Shown here piece after piece: positions 28,792 through 37,158 of a stretch of DNA of 50,884 nucleotides. The position numbers and the translations under genes were made by a program. The stretch is from an uncultured Verrucomicrobiota bacterium. Lineage in GTDB: Bacteria; Verrucomicrobiota; Kiritimatiellia; CAIKKV01; CAITUY01. The stretch lies in contig CAYWKN010000002.1 of NCBI GenBank assembly GCA_964458765.1, positions 1-50,884 on the forward strand. Direction: 5' to 3'. The stretch's first letter is position 1. Every line of letters starts with the position of its first letter. The notes under the pieces were generated by a model. That model was not told the origin of the DNA, did not search any database, and saw only the letters and a program-made list of their open reading frames with translations.

Positions 28792-29094
28792 GTGTCCCGC
28801 AAGAAGTCATCGGCACCATGCAGGCGCTCACGTTTCAAGGCCGAGGTCGCCCGATGGTCGGAAAAGATCAAGGTCCGGCCCAGGCAGATCCGGTTGCAGC
28901 GCATGACGCGGCGATGGGCCTCCTGTTCCGCCGGGGGCCGGGTCTCCTTTAACGCCGACTTACCGGACAAGCCCCGCCGTTTCCGGGAGTATGTGATCGT
29001 GCACGAACTTCTGCACCTGAAAGTCCCCAACCACGGGAAGTTGTTCAAGAGTTTGCTCAAGGCATACCTTCCGGGCCGGGACTCGCCATCGTAA
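28792..29094 (+). CDS. Short DUF45/YgjP-like (SprT/WLM-type HExxH) metallopeptidase-like protein
   Basis: GTG start 4 nt after the hsdR stop. RRWASCSAGGRVSFNADL...REYVIVHELLHLKVPNHGKLFKSLL matches the C-terminal core of DUF45. At only 100 aa it is shorter than the ~230-aa proteins I associate with this family. Confidence 0.7.
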   Translation: MSRKKSSAPCRRSRFKAEVARWSEKIKVRPRQIRLQRMTRRWASCSAGGRVSFNADLPDKPRRFREYVIVHELLHLKVPNHGKLFKSLLKAYLPGRDSPS

Positions 29095-29162
29095 CCCGGC
29101 TGCTTGTTGGACCACTTCCCGTTTGCCTTGGGCCGGCCCGTTGCGCTACACTTCGGAGCTAT

Positions 29163-30149
29163 ATGACCACAAGGATTGCGCTCCGTGCCCTTCCGTGCCG
29201 CCTCTTCGCGGGCTTGATTCTGTTCGCCGCAGCCGTCACGTTCTGCGGAGGCTGCGCCAGCACAATGATCAAGTCCTTTTCCGCGCTGCCGGAGGAACTC
29301 CATGCGCCCGTCGTGGCCGTCACTTCCTTCGAGAACCGTTCCGGTTTCGCCGGCCAGTGGCAGTTGGGCAGCGGTATGGCCGACCTGCTGGTGCCCGAAC
29401 TGATCGCCTCCCGCGGCTTCACAGTCGTCGAACGACAGCATTTCGAGGGGCTGATAGACGAGCTCCAGCGCCAGCAGAGCAAGTTTTTCCGCAACGAGGG
29501 GAAGACCCCCATCGGACGAATGAAGAATGCCCAGTACCTGATTCGGGGCGTCATCAACGACTTCTCCCAGACCAGCGGCGGCAGCCTTTCCGTGGCCTTC
29601 CGCAGCCTGTTCTTCCTCGGGCGCGGGCACAACGCCCGTGTCGCGCTCACCCTGACGATCGTGGATATCGAAACCGGCCAGATCCTCGCCTCCGTTCAAA
29701 GCACGGGACTCGTGCGTACCCGCGAAGCGTACGTTGAAACCGACTACAAGGGCGTTTCCTTTGGCGGCGACATCTTCTTTGCCACTCCACTCGGAAAGGC
29801 CACCGCCCGCGCCATCCGCGGCGGCGTCCGCCAGATTCAGCGCGAAATGCCGGAAAACCCCTGGCGTCCCATGATCAGCGCCATTAAGAACGGCGTTGTC
29901 ATTCTCAACGGCGGCAAGGACCGGAACTTCCGCGAAGACACCGTCTACATCGTCAGGCTGCCCTCCGAACCCGTTACTGACCCGGCCACGGGGGATATCC
30001 TGACATTCCTCCCGGGCGCACGCCTCGGCACGCTTCGCGTTACACGCGTAGACGATAAGGTGGCCTACGCCCAAGTCCTCCAAGGCTCCGGATTCGAACG
30101 CGGACAGTGCCTCAGCGAAGTCCGCCAGGACAACAGCCCTTTGCCTTGA
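29163..30149 (+). CDS. CsgG/HfaB-family lipoprotein
   Basis: Lipobox ...AAAVTFCGGCAS. VAVTSFENRSGFAGQWQLGSGMADLLVPELIASRGFTVVERQHFEGLIDE resembles the CsgG family core. Confidence 0.75.
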   Translation: MTTRIALRALPCRLFAGLILFAAAVTFCGGCASTMIKSFSALPEELHAPVVAVTSFENRSGFAGQWQLGSGMADLLVPELIASRGFTVVERQHFEGLIDELQRQQSKFFRNEGKTPIGRMKNAQYLIRGVINDFSQTSGGSLSVAFRSLFFLGRGHNARVALTLTIVDIETGQILASVQSTGLVRTREAYVETDYKGVSFGGDIFFATPLGKATARAIRGGVRQIQREMPENPWRPMISAIKNGVVILNGGKDRNFREDTVYIVRLPSEPVTDPATGDILTFLPGARLGTLRVTRVDDKVAYAQVLQGSGFERGQCLSEVRQDNSPLP

Positions 30150-30226
30150 CCTTTCCTTTTTCCCATTGCACACCATTCCCGCCTTCGGTAATTTGTGCGC
30201 CATGTTGACGCTGTGTCAAAACGACC

Positions 30227-31420
30227 ATGAAAGCCGGATTTCTCGATAAGTTGATCGCCCGCCTGAACCGGCTCGATCCGGAGAGCGTGCAGACGCATTT
30301 CCTGCGGCTGGCAAAGGAAAAGGGCCTGCTGGAGACCATCTTCCAATCCATTCAGGAAGGCGTGGTGGTTCTGGATGGCCAAGGCAACATCACGTATGCC
30401 AACCGCGCCGCCGGGAAGCTGATCGGGTTCCGCCATGAGGAGGTCATCGGAAACCCGATGGCCCGCTACTTGCGGGACTTGGATTGGGATCGGATCCTGA
30501 ATCTCGACACGCAGGAATGGACGAAGCTTGTCAGCCATGAGATCGAGGTCGCCTATCCCAAACGGCGTTTCCTCAGTTTCTATGTTGTCCCTCTTTCCGC
30601 CGTGGAAAGCCGGGAGGAGGGCGCCGTGATCATCCTGCGGGATGTCACCCAGGACCGCCAGCATGAAGCCAGCCTGGTGGAGTCCGAACGCCTGAATGCC
30701 GTGACCCTTCTGGCCGCGGGGGTTGCCCACGAGATCGGCAATCCGCTCAATGCCCTGAACATCCACCTGCAATTGCTCGACCGGGAACTGAAGCAGGCCG
30801 GACCCGCGGGCAGGGAATCGCTGCTGGAACTCGTGGATGTGGCCCGCAAGGAGGTCACCCGCCTGGACCTGATCATCACGCAGTTCCTGCGCGCCATCCG
30901 CCCGACGCATCCCAACCTCGAACCCATGCCGGTGCTCGCCGTCCTCAAGGACACCCTCCGCCTCCTGAAGCAGGAAATCGAGAACCGCGGCGTCCACGTG
31001 GAACTGGAAAGCCCGGCCGGCATTCCGCCGCTGCGCCTGGACAAGGACCAGATCAAGCAGGCGTTCTTCAACATCATCAAGAACGCCCTGCAGGCCATGG
31101 CGGATGGCGGCCTCCTGCGGATCTCGGTGGCCGCGTCGGATCATTTCGTGGCCGTGGCCTTCCGTGACAACGGCCCGGGAATCTCGCCGGAGGATTTCGG
31201 CCGCATCTTCGAGCCTTACTACACCACCAAGAAGGGCGGATCGGGCCTGGGCCTGATGATCGTGCAGCGCATTATCCAGGATCACGGGGGCCGCATGGAT
31301 GTCCACAGCGAACCGGGATTCGGCACGACCTTCACGGTCTTCCTGCCGCTCGACGAACGCCGCACCCGCCTGCTGAAACCGCCAAGCCGGACCCGGTCCG
31401 AGGAGGAGCACACGGAATGA
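30227..31420 (+). CDS. Cytoplasmic PAS-domain sensor histidine kinase (NtrB-like)
   Basis: PAS-like region (IQEGVVVLDGQGNITYANRAAGKLIGF), H-box AAGVAHEIGNPLNAL, N-box FNIIKNALQAM, G-boxes DNGPGI and GGSGLGL. No TM segment. Confidence 0.87.
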   Translation: MKAGFLDKLIARLNRLDPESVQTHFLRLAKEKGLLETIFQSIQEGVVVLDGQGNITYANRAAGKLIGFRHEEVIGNPMARYLRDLDWDRILNLDTQEWTKLVSHEIEVAYPKRRFLSFYVVPLSAVESREEGAVIILRDVTQDRQHEASLVESERLNAVTLLAAGVAHEIGNPLNALNIHLQLLDRELKQAGPAGRESLLELVDVARKEVTRLDLIITQFLRAIRPTHPNLEPMPVLAVLKDTLRLLKQEIENRGVHVELESPAGIPPLRLDKDQIKQAFFNIIKNALQAMADGGLLRISVAASDHFVAVAFRDNGPGISPEDFGRIFEPYYTTKKGGSGLGLMIVQRIIQDHGGRMDVHSEPGFGTTFTVFLPLDERRTRLLKPPSRTRSEEEHTE

Positions 31421-32832
31421 GCCGCCGCACCATCATGATCGTGGATGACGACAAGAACACGCGCGAGGGCCTCAAGCGCGCCCTGCAGTCCCTCTACGAT
31501 GTCATCCTCGTGGACAGCGCCGAACGAGCCCTCCCCACCCTGGACGAGCGCCGCGTGGATGTGGTCCTGAGCGACATCCGCATGGTCGGCATGGACGGGC
31601 TGACCCTCCTCCAGCGCGTCATGGCCCGGAGCCATCCGCCCATCGTGATCATGCTGACGGCCTACGGCAGCGTCGAAACCGCCGTCGAAGCCATGAAACG
31701 CGGCGCCTACGATTTCCTGATGAAGCCGGTCAACCTGGATCATCTCGACATGCTCCTCAAGCGCGCCGTCCGGGCCTCGGAGGTGGAAGACGAGAACCTG
31801 CGCCTGCGGGAGCAACTGGACAACCGGTTCGGGCTCGAGGCCATCATCGGCAACTCCGCCGCCATGAAGGAGGTCTTCGAGGTCGTCAAGCAGGCGGCCC
31901 CCACGCAGGCCACCATCCTGCTCCAGGGCGAAAGCGGAACCGGCAAGGAACTGGTCGCCCATGCCATCCACCAGATCAGCCCGCGCTCCAAGGGGCCGTT
32001 CGTCGCCGTGCATTGCGCCGCGCTGTCGCCCACCCTTCTGGAAAGCGAACTGTTCGGCCATGAGAAAGGCGCCTTCACCGGCGCCACGGAACGGCGCCGC
32101 GGGCGCTTTGAACTGGCGGACGGCGGGACCCTGTTCCTGGACGAGATCTCGGAAATCCAGCCCGCCATCCAGGTCAAGTTGCTGCGCGTCCTCGAGGAGC
32201 GCATGTTCGAGCGGGTCGGCGGCCATGATACGCTGGAGGTGGACCTGCGGCTCGTGGCCGCGACGAACACCGACCTGCGCCAGATGGTGGCGGAAGGCAA
32301 GTTCCGCAACGACCTGTTCTTCCGTCTGGACGTCGTTTCCGTCACCCTGCCGCCGCTGCGGGAACGGACCGACGACATCCCCCTGCTGTGCGCGCATTTC
32401 CTCAAGGAGTTCAGCCAGCGCAACCACAAGCCGGTGGAGGATATCTCGGGCGACACCATGGCCGCCCTCTGCGCCTATTCCTGGCCGGGGAACGTGCGGG
32501 AATTGCGCAACGTCATCGAGCGCATGGTGGTGCTGACCCATGGGACCCGCCTGACGGTCCGTGATCTGCCGGCGGCGGTCCGGGCCTCGCTGCCGGCGGA
32601 CAGGCGGAACCTCTGGCGGATGGAACCCGCGCCGGGAGGCGCCCCGGGTTCCATCGAGGAAGCCGAGCGCGCCATGATCTACGCCGCGCTGAAGCGTCAC
32701 AAGGGGAACCGTTCCCGCGCCGCCGTCCAGCTGGGCATCAGCCGCCGCACCCTCCAGCGCAAGCTGAAGGAATACCGACTGGAGGCCTCGGCCCCGGAAC
32801 CCGGGGCGGCTACTTCGCCGGACGCTTCTTGA
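31417..32832 (+). CDS. Sigma-54-dependent response regulator (NtrC family)
   Basis: ATGA overlap with the kinase gene. Receiver domain (IMIVDDD...VVLSDIRMVGMDG), AAA+ GESGTGKE and GAFTGA, ESELFGHEKGAFTGA, C-terminal Fis-type HTH (NRSRAAVQLGISRRTLQRKL). Confidence 0.93.
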   Translation: MSRRTIMIVDDDKNTREGLKRALQSLYDVILVDSAERALPTLDERRVDVVLSDIRMVGMDGLTLLQRVMARSHPPIVIMLTAYGSVETAVEAMKRGAYDFLMKPVNLDHLDMLLKRAVRASEVEDENLRLREQLDNRFGLEAIIGNSAAMKEVFEVVKQAAPTQATILLQGESGTGKELVAHAIHQISPRSKGPFVAVHCAALSPTLLESELFGHEKGAFTGATERRRGRFELADGGTLFLDEISEIQPAIQVKLLRVLEERMFERVGGHDTLEVDLRLVAATNTDLRQMVAEGKFRNDLFFRLDVVSVTLPPLRERTDDIPLLCAHFLKEFSQRNHKPVEDISGDTMAALCAYSWPGNVRELRNVIERMVVLTHGTRLTVRDLPAAVRASLPADRRNLWRMEPAPGGAPGSIEEAERAMIYAALKRHKGNRSRAAVQLGISRRTLQRKLKEYRLEASAPEPGAATSPDAS

Positions 32833-33928
32833 GGTGCGAGATGATAAACGCCATCCGGAGGTTGTTCTCCAGATCCGGATCGGCCGGCAAGCCCAGCTCC
32901 CGCGCCCGCTGGTAATGTTTCTCCGCGGCCACGGGATCCGCCGGCCGCAGCGTAAGGAAAATCTGCGCCATGTTGTAGTGGGCTTCGGCCGATTCCGGAT
33001 GCAGCGCCAGCGCCTTCTCCGTGGCGACGCGCGCTTCCCCGATGCGCCCAAGTCCCATCCATGCCGTCCCCAGCGTCAACAACGCGTCCGCGTTGGAGGG
33101 CTTGCGCGTATCGTACGGTCTCAGGAGACCGACAGCGACATCGAACCGGCCGGCCCTGCAGGCCGCCACGGCGGCCAGGATATCGAACTCGCCCCGGTCG
33201 GGCAGCACATCCGCCGCCTCCCGGAGAAGATCGAACGCCTTCCCGAATTGTTCCTCCCGCATCAGCCGCGCGGATTCGGAACGGATGGCGGCAGCCAGCA
33301 ACACGGGCGCATTGGTGGAGGCTTCGGCTTCCCCCTGGCCATACTTGCGCAGCTTCGCCTCCAGCCTGGCCGCCTGACGGACCGCCGCCTGCGCCTGACG
33401 GATTGCCTGGTCGCGCTCCCCGCTCAGTTGCCGGATCTCCTGCTCCAACAGGATCGTCTTGCGCCCCTCCGAGGCCTCTCCCTGCGCCAGCCATGCCCGC
33501 GCCAGCTTGAGTTCCTGCGCAAGAACCCGCAGCCGCGCTTCCGCGGATGCGGCCGGAATTTCCGCCGCCGCCTTGTTGGTCACCGCCCCGGACTCGAGAA
33601 GGGCGATCATGTTCTGGCAATCCGCGACACGATACGACACCATGTCCTCGCGCCAGCCCGGATACTCCGCCTGCAGGCGGCCGAACAAGCTTGCCGCCTT
33701 CCTGTACCCCGATACCGCCTCCTCCACGCGCTGCTCCACACCCGCAAGCTCCGCATCCACAACTGCCACGTAGGCCTGCCGCAAGATATCTTCCGCGCCA
33801 CCAGCCGCATTCGTCTGCGCCCGCACCGACACGGCGGCGAGCATGCCTGCCGCCAGGAGAACAACCGCACGTTTTCCCTTGCCTGCCTTGTCCATTGCCA
33901 CGTCCTTCCTCTGTCTTCTTGCCCGCAT
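32810..33928 (-). CDS. Secreted coiled-coil/TPR protein, function unknown
   Basis: Signal-like AVVLLAAGMLAAVSVRAQ, then a Q/A/E/R-rich coiled-coil segment and C-terminal TPR-like repeats (ALLTLGTAWMGLGRIGEARVATEKALALHPESAEAHYNMAQIF). Its 3' end overlaps the ntrC-like 3' end by 23 nt. Alternative start 33895. Confidence 0.6.
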   Translation of the reverse strand: MRARRQRKDVAMDKAGKGKRAVVLLAAGMLAAVSVRAQTNAAGGAEDILRQAYVAVVDAELAGVEQRVEEAVSGYRKAASLFGRLQAEYPGWREDMVSYRVADCQNMIALLESGAVTNKAAAEIPAASAEARLRVLAQELKLARAWLAQGEASEGRKTILLEQEIRQLSGERDQAIRQAQAAVRQAARLEAKLRKYGQGEAEASTNAPVLLAAAIRSESARLMREEQFGKAFDLLREAADVLPDRGEFDILAAVAACRAGRFDVAVGLLRPYDTRKPSNADALLTLGTAWMGLGRIGEARVATEKALALHPESAEAHYNMAQIFLTLRPADPVAAEKHYQRARELGLPADPDLENNLRMAFIISHLKKRPAK

Positions 33929-34184
33929 TCTCTTTCAAAGTGTCTCTTACTGCAAGCCGGGTGTTTGCTTGAATCCCATGGTCAGGAAGAACCAGCCCCT
34001 AACCCCTCCAAGGAGATATCCAGCGTAACATCGGGAAATCCTCTTGTTTTTCCGCCATTTCGGGCATCCGGAAGACAGCAGCTAAGTCACAAGTGATTCA
34101 CGGAAAACAACTTACTGCATCCAATTGCCGGAGATAATTGCTCGTTCAAGAAAAGTGAAAATTGTTAGGCTTTTTCCTTGCTGG

Positions 34185-34200
34185 CCACTACAGGTAGTGG
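34185..34200. promoter_or_regulatory. NrdR-box-like 16-bp palindrome upstream of nrdJ
   Basis: CCACTACAGGTAGTGG matches 11/16 positions of the NrdR consensus acaCwAtATaTwGtgt, with the CTA/TAG cores intact. 108 nt upstream of the nrdJ ATG. Confidence 0.4.
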
Positions 34201-34226
34201 TAACAGTCAATTCTTGGTAAGGGAAC

Positions 34227-34242
34227 GTAGCATATCTGGTGT
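34227..34242. promoter_or_regulatory. Weaker second NrdR-box-like site
   Basis: gtagcatatctggtgt (reverse complement acaccagatatgctac, 10/16 to consensus). Its centre is 42 bp (about 4 helical turns) from the first box. Confidence 0.25.
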
Positions 34243-34307
34243 TGCTTCCTGCATCCGACAAACCGTCAATAGATCACGATTCATCCAAACCCGTCAGGAG
34301 ACCCTCC

Positions 34308-37151
34308 ATGTTCGATTCCAACGAGACCGTGGCGACCGTAGCCAAGCCGACCTCCGCCTCCCCGCAGGCCAAGACCCATGCCCCGAAGAACGGACGCAGG
34401 AGTAATGGATCCCGCAGTGCCACGGAGAAAGGCTTGAGCGTGGAACGGGTTTTCGCCGCAAAGGCCGGAGCCCCCTTTGACGGCATCGAGTGGGATCTGC
34501 GCACCGCCTCCATCACCGACGACAAGGGGAAGGTCATCTTCAACCAGGAGAACGTGGAAGTGCCCAAGACCTGGTCGGTGCTGGCGACCAACATCGTGGC
34601 CTCCAAGTATTTCTACGGGGGCGCCAAGGCCACCAAGCGCGAAACCTCCGTCCGCCAGCTCGTCCACCGCGTGGCCCGCGCCATTGCCGATGCCGGCCTG
34701 CGGGAAGGATACTTCGCCACGCCCGCCGACGCCGAGAATTTCTACACCGACCTCGCCTGGATGTGCATCCACCAGCATGGCTCGTTCAACAGCCCGGTGT
34801 GGTTCAACGTCGGCTTGCACGAATCCTATGGCGTCTCGTCGGAAAGCCGTTCCAGCTACTATTGGAATTCCGAGTCCGGCCGGATCGAATCCTCGAAGGA
34901 CAACTACAAGCACCCGCAGGCTTCCGCGTGCTTCATCCAATCGGTCAAGGACACGATGGAGGACATCATGCGCCTGGCGGGATCCGAGGCCTTGCTGTTC
35001 AAGTACGGATCGGGCACCGGCACCGACCTGAGCACGCTGCGCAGCAGCCGCGAGAAACTGTCCGGCGGCGGAACTCCCTCCGGCCCCCTGAGTTTCATGC
35101 GCGTGTTCGACCAGGTCGCGGCGGTCATCAAGTCCGGCGGCAAGACCCGCCGCGCCGCCAAGATGCAGAGCCTGAAGGTGTCCCATCCCGACATCGTGGA
35201 TTTCATCACCGCCAAGACACAGGAAGAGAAAAAGGCCTGGGCGCTGATTGACCAGGGCTACGACGGCTCCTTCGGCGGCGAAGCCTATTCGTCTGTCATG
35301 TTCCAGAACGCGAACTTCTCCGTCCGCGTCACGGATGAATTCATGGACGCCGTCGAAAAGGACGGCGAGTGGCAGACCCAGGCCGTCACCACCGGCAAGG
35401 TGGTCGACACGCACCGCGCCCGCGATCTCATGCGCAAGATCGCCGAGGGCACGCACATCTGCGGCGACCCCGGCGTCCAGTACGACACCACCGTCAACAA
35501 GTGGCACACCTGCATCAACAGCGGGCGCATCAACGCCAGCAATCCCTGCTCGGAATTCATGTTCATCGATGACAGCGCCTGCAACCTGGCTTCGCTGAAC
35601 CTGATGAAGTTCATGGACGGCTCCGGCAAGCTGGATGTCGAGCGGTTCCGCCATGCCGTCCGCCTGTTTATCATCGCGCAGGACATCCTGGTGGACAGCG
35701 CCAGTTACCCCAGCGCCGAAATCGCCCTGAACTCGCACCTGTACCGGCCGCTCGGGCTCGGTTACGCCAACCTCGGCGCAGTGCTGATGAGCCTGGGCCT
35801 GCCCTACGACAGCGATGCCGGCCGCGACTTTGCCGCCGTGATCACGGCCCTCATGACCGGCTGCGCCTACGCCACTTCCGCCGAGATCGCCGCCGAACAC
35901 GGCACCTTCACCGAGTTCGAGAAGAACCGCGAACCCATGCTGAAGGTCATCGCCATGCATGCCGAGGCCCTCGGGAAGGTGGATCGCGAGAAGTGCCCGA
36001 CAGCCGTCCATGATGCCGCCACGGACGTCTGGGACCAGGTCCAGCGCCTCGGGGACAAGCACGGGTTCCGCAACGCCCAGGTCACCCTGCTGGCGCCCAC
36101 CGGCACCATCGGGTTCATGATGGACTGCGACACCACCGGCGTCGAACCCGACATCGCCCTCATCAAGTACAAGCAACTGGCCGGCGGGGGGACGATCAAG
36201 CTGGTCAACCGCACGGTGGAAGCCGGCCTCCGCCGCCTCGGGTACAACGGCGAAATCCCCGGCATCCTCCGCTACGTGGACGAGGAGGAAACCATCGAGG
36301 GCGCGCCGGGCCTGCAGGAGGATCACCTCCCGGTTTTCGATTGCGCCTTCAAGCCGAAGAAAGGCACGCGCTGTATCTCCTACCACGCGCATATCACCAT
36401 GATGGCCGCCGTCCAGCCGTTCCTCTCGGGCGCCATCAGCAAGACCATCAACATGCCGCGGGAAGCCACCGTCGAGGAAATCATGCAGGCGTACATCCAG
36501 GGATGGAAGACGGGCCTCAAGGCCGTCGCCATCTACCGCGACGGCTCCAAGCGCACCCAGCCCCTGAACACCGGCAAGGTGACGGATGCCGCCAAGACCA
36601 CCCTGCCCGGGCGGCCTTTCCGCGCCCGCATGCCCGCGACACGCCGGTCCATCACCCACAAGTTCGAGATCGGCGGCCACGAGGGCTACATGACCGTGGG
36701 GCTCTACGAGGACGGGAAACCCGGCGAGGTATTCATCACCATGGCCAAGGAAGGCAGCACCGTCGGCGGCATCATGAACGCCTTCGGCACGGCCATTTCC
36801 CTGTGCCTCCAGTACGGCGTGCCCCTCAGCGCGCTCGTGAACAAGTTCTCGCACAGCCGGTTTGAGCCTTCCGGCTACACCAGCAACCCCGATATCCCCA
36901 TCGCCAAGTCCCTTGTGGATTACATCTTCCGCTGGATGGACATCACGTTCCCCAACGGAACGGTGAAGGAGAACGCCACCAGCCAGCCTCCCGAGGAGTC
37001 CGCGCAGGCGGCCGCCCCGGCGGCGCAGGACGCCGCGGCGTTCGTCCGCGAAGCCGATGCGCCAATCTGCGATCGCTGCGGCCACATCACCACGCGCAAC
37101 GGCGCCTGTTACCGGTGCCACAACTGCGGCAACTCCATGGGCTGTTCCTGA
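34308..37151 (+). CDS. nrdJ: Class II (adenosylcobalamin-dependent) ribonucleotide reductase
   Basis: NPCSEF active-site Cys motif, GSGTGTDLSTLR, KTINMP, C-terminal Cys pairs CDRCGH...CYRCHNCG. ATG 34308 preceded by CAGGAG. Confidence 0.93.
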   Translation: MFDSNETVATVAKPTSASPQAKTHAPKNGRRSNGSRSATEKGLSVERVFAAKAGAPFDGIEWDLRTASITDDKGKVIFNQENVEVPKTWSVLATNIVASKYFYGGAKATKRETSVRQLVHRVARAIADAGLREGYFATPADAENFYTDLAWMCIHQHGSFNSPVWFNVGLHESYGVSSESRSSYYWNSESGRIESSKDNYKHPQASACFIQSVKDTMEDIMRLAGSEALLFKYGSGTGTDLSTLRSSREKLSGGGTPSGPLSFMRVFDQVAAVIKSGGKTRRAAKMQSLKVSHPDIVDFITAKTQEEKKAWALIDQGYDGSFGGEAYSSVMFQNANFSVRVTDEFMDAVEKDGEWQTQAVTTGKVVDTHRARDLMRKIAEGTHICGDPGVQYDTTVNKWHTCINSGRINASNPCSEFMFIDDSACNLASLNLMKFMDGSGKLDVERFRHAVRLFIIAQDILVDSASYPSAEIALNSHLYRPLGLGYANLGAVLMSLGLPYDSDAGRDFAAVITALMTGCAYATSAEIAAEHGTFTEFEKNREPMLKVIAMHAEALGKVDREKCPTAVHDAATDVWDQVQRLGDKHGFRNAQVTLLAPTGTIGFMMDCDTTGVEPDIALIKYKQLAGGGTIKLVNRTVEAGLRRLGYNGEIPGILRYVDEEETIEGAPGLQEDHLPVFDCAFKPKKGTRCISYHAHITMMAAVQPFLSGAISKTINMPREATVEEIMQAYIQGWKTGLKAVAIYRDGSKRTQPLNTGKVTDAAKTTLPGRPFRARMPATRRSITHKFEIGGHEGYMTVGLYEDGKPGEVFITMAKEGSTVGGIMNAFGTAISLCLQYGVPLSALVNKFSHSRFEPSGYTSNPDIPIAKSLVDYIFRWMDITFPNGTVKENATSQPPEESAQAAAPAAQDAAAFVREADAPICDRCGHITTRNGACYRCHNCGNSMGCS

Positions 37152-37158
37152 GACAGGC

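Noticed and set aside
32697-33938. 413-aa minus-strand ORF overlapping the 32810..33928 gene in another frame
   Set aside because: The product is G/R/A-rich with no structure. The alternative frame gives a signal peptide, a coiled coil and TPR repeats.
34185-34310. Cobalamin riboswitch in the nrdJ leader (GCCACT, AGGGAA, GGTG and a B12-box-like GTCAGGAGACC)
   Set aside because: The pieces occur in the wrong order: GCCACT lies upstream of GGGAA/GGTG. The B12-box-like match largely coincides with the Shine-Dalgarno AGGAG 8 nt before the ATG. The CCCGCCACTG core is absent. A covariance-model scan (Rfam cobalamin family) would settle it.
34281-37121. 946-aa minus-strand ORF opposite nrdJ
   Set aside because: Shadow frame of a strongly supported class II RNR gene. 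The composition is dominated by G/A/D/H/V/R.
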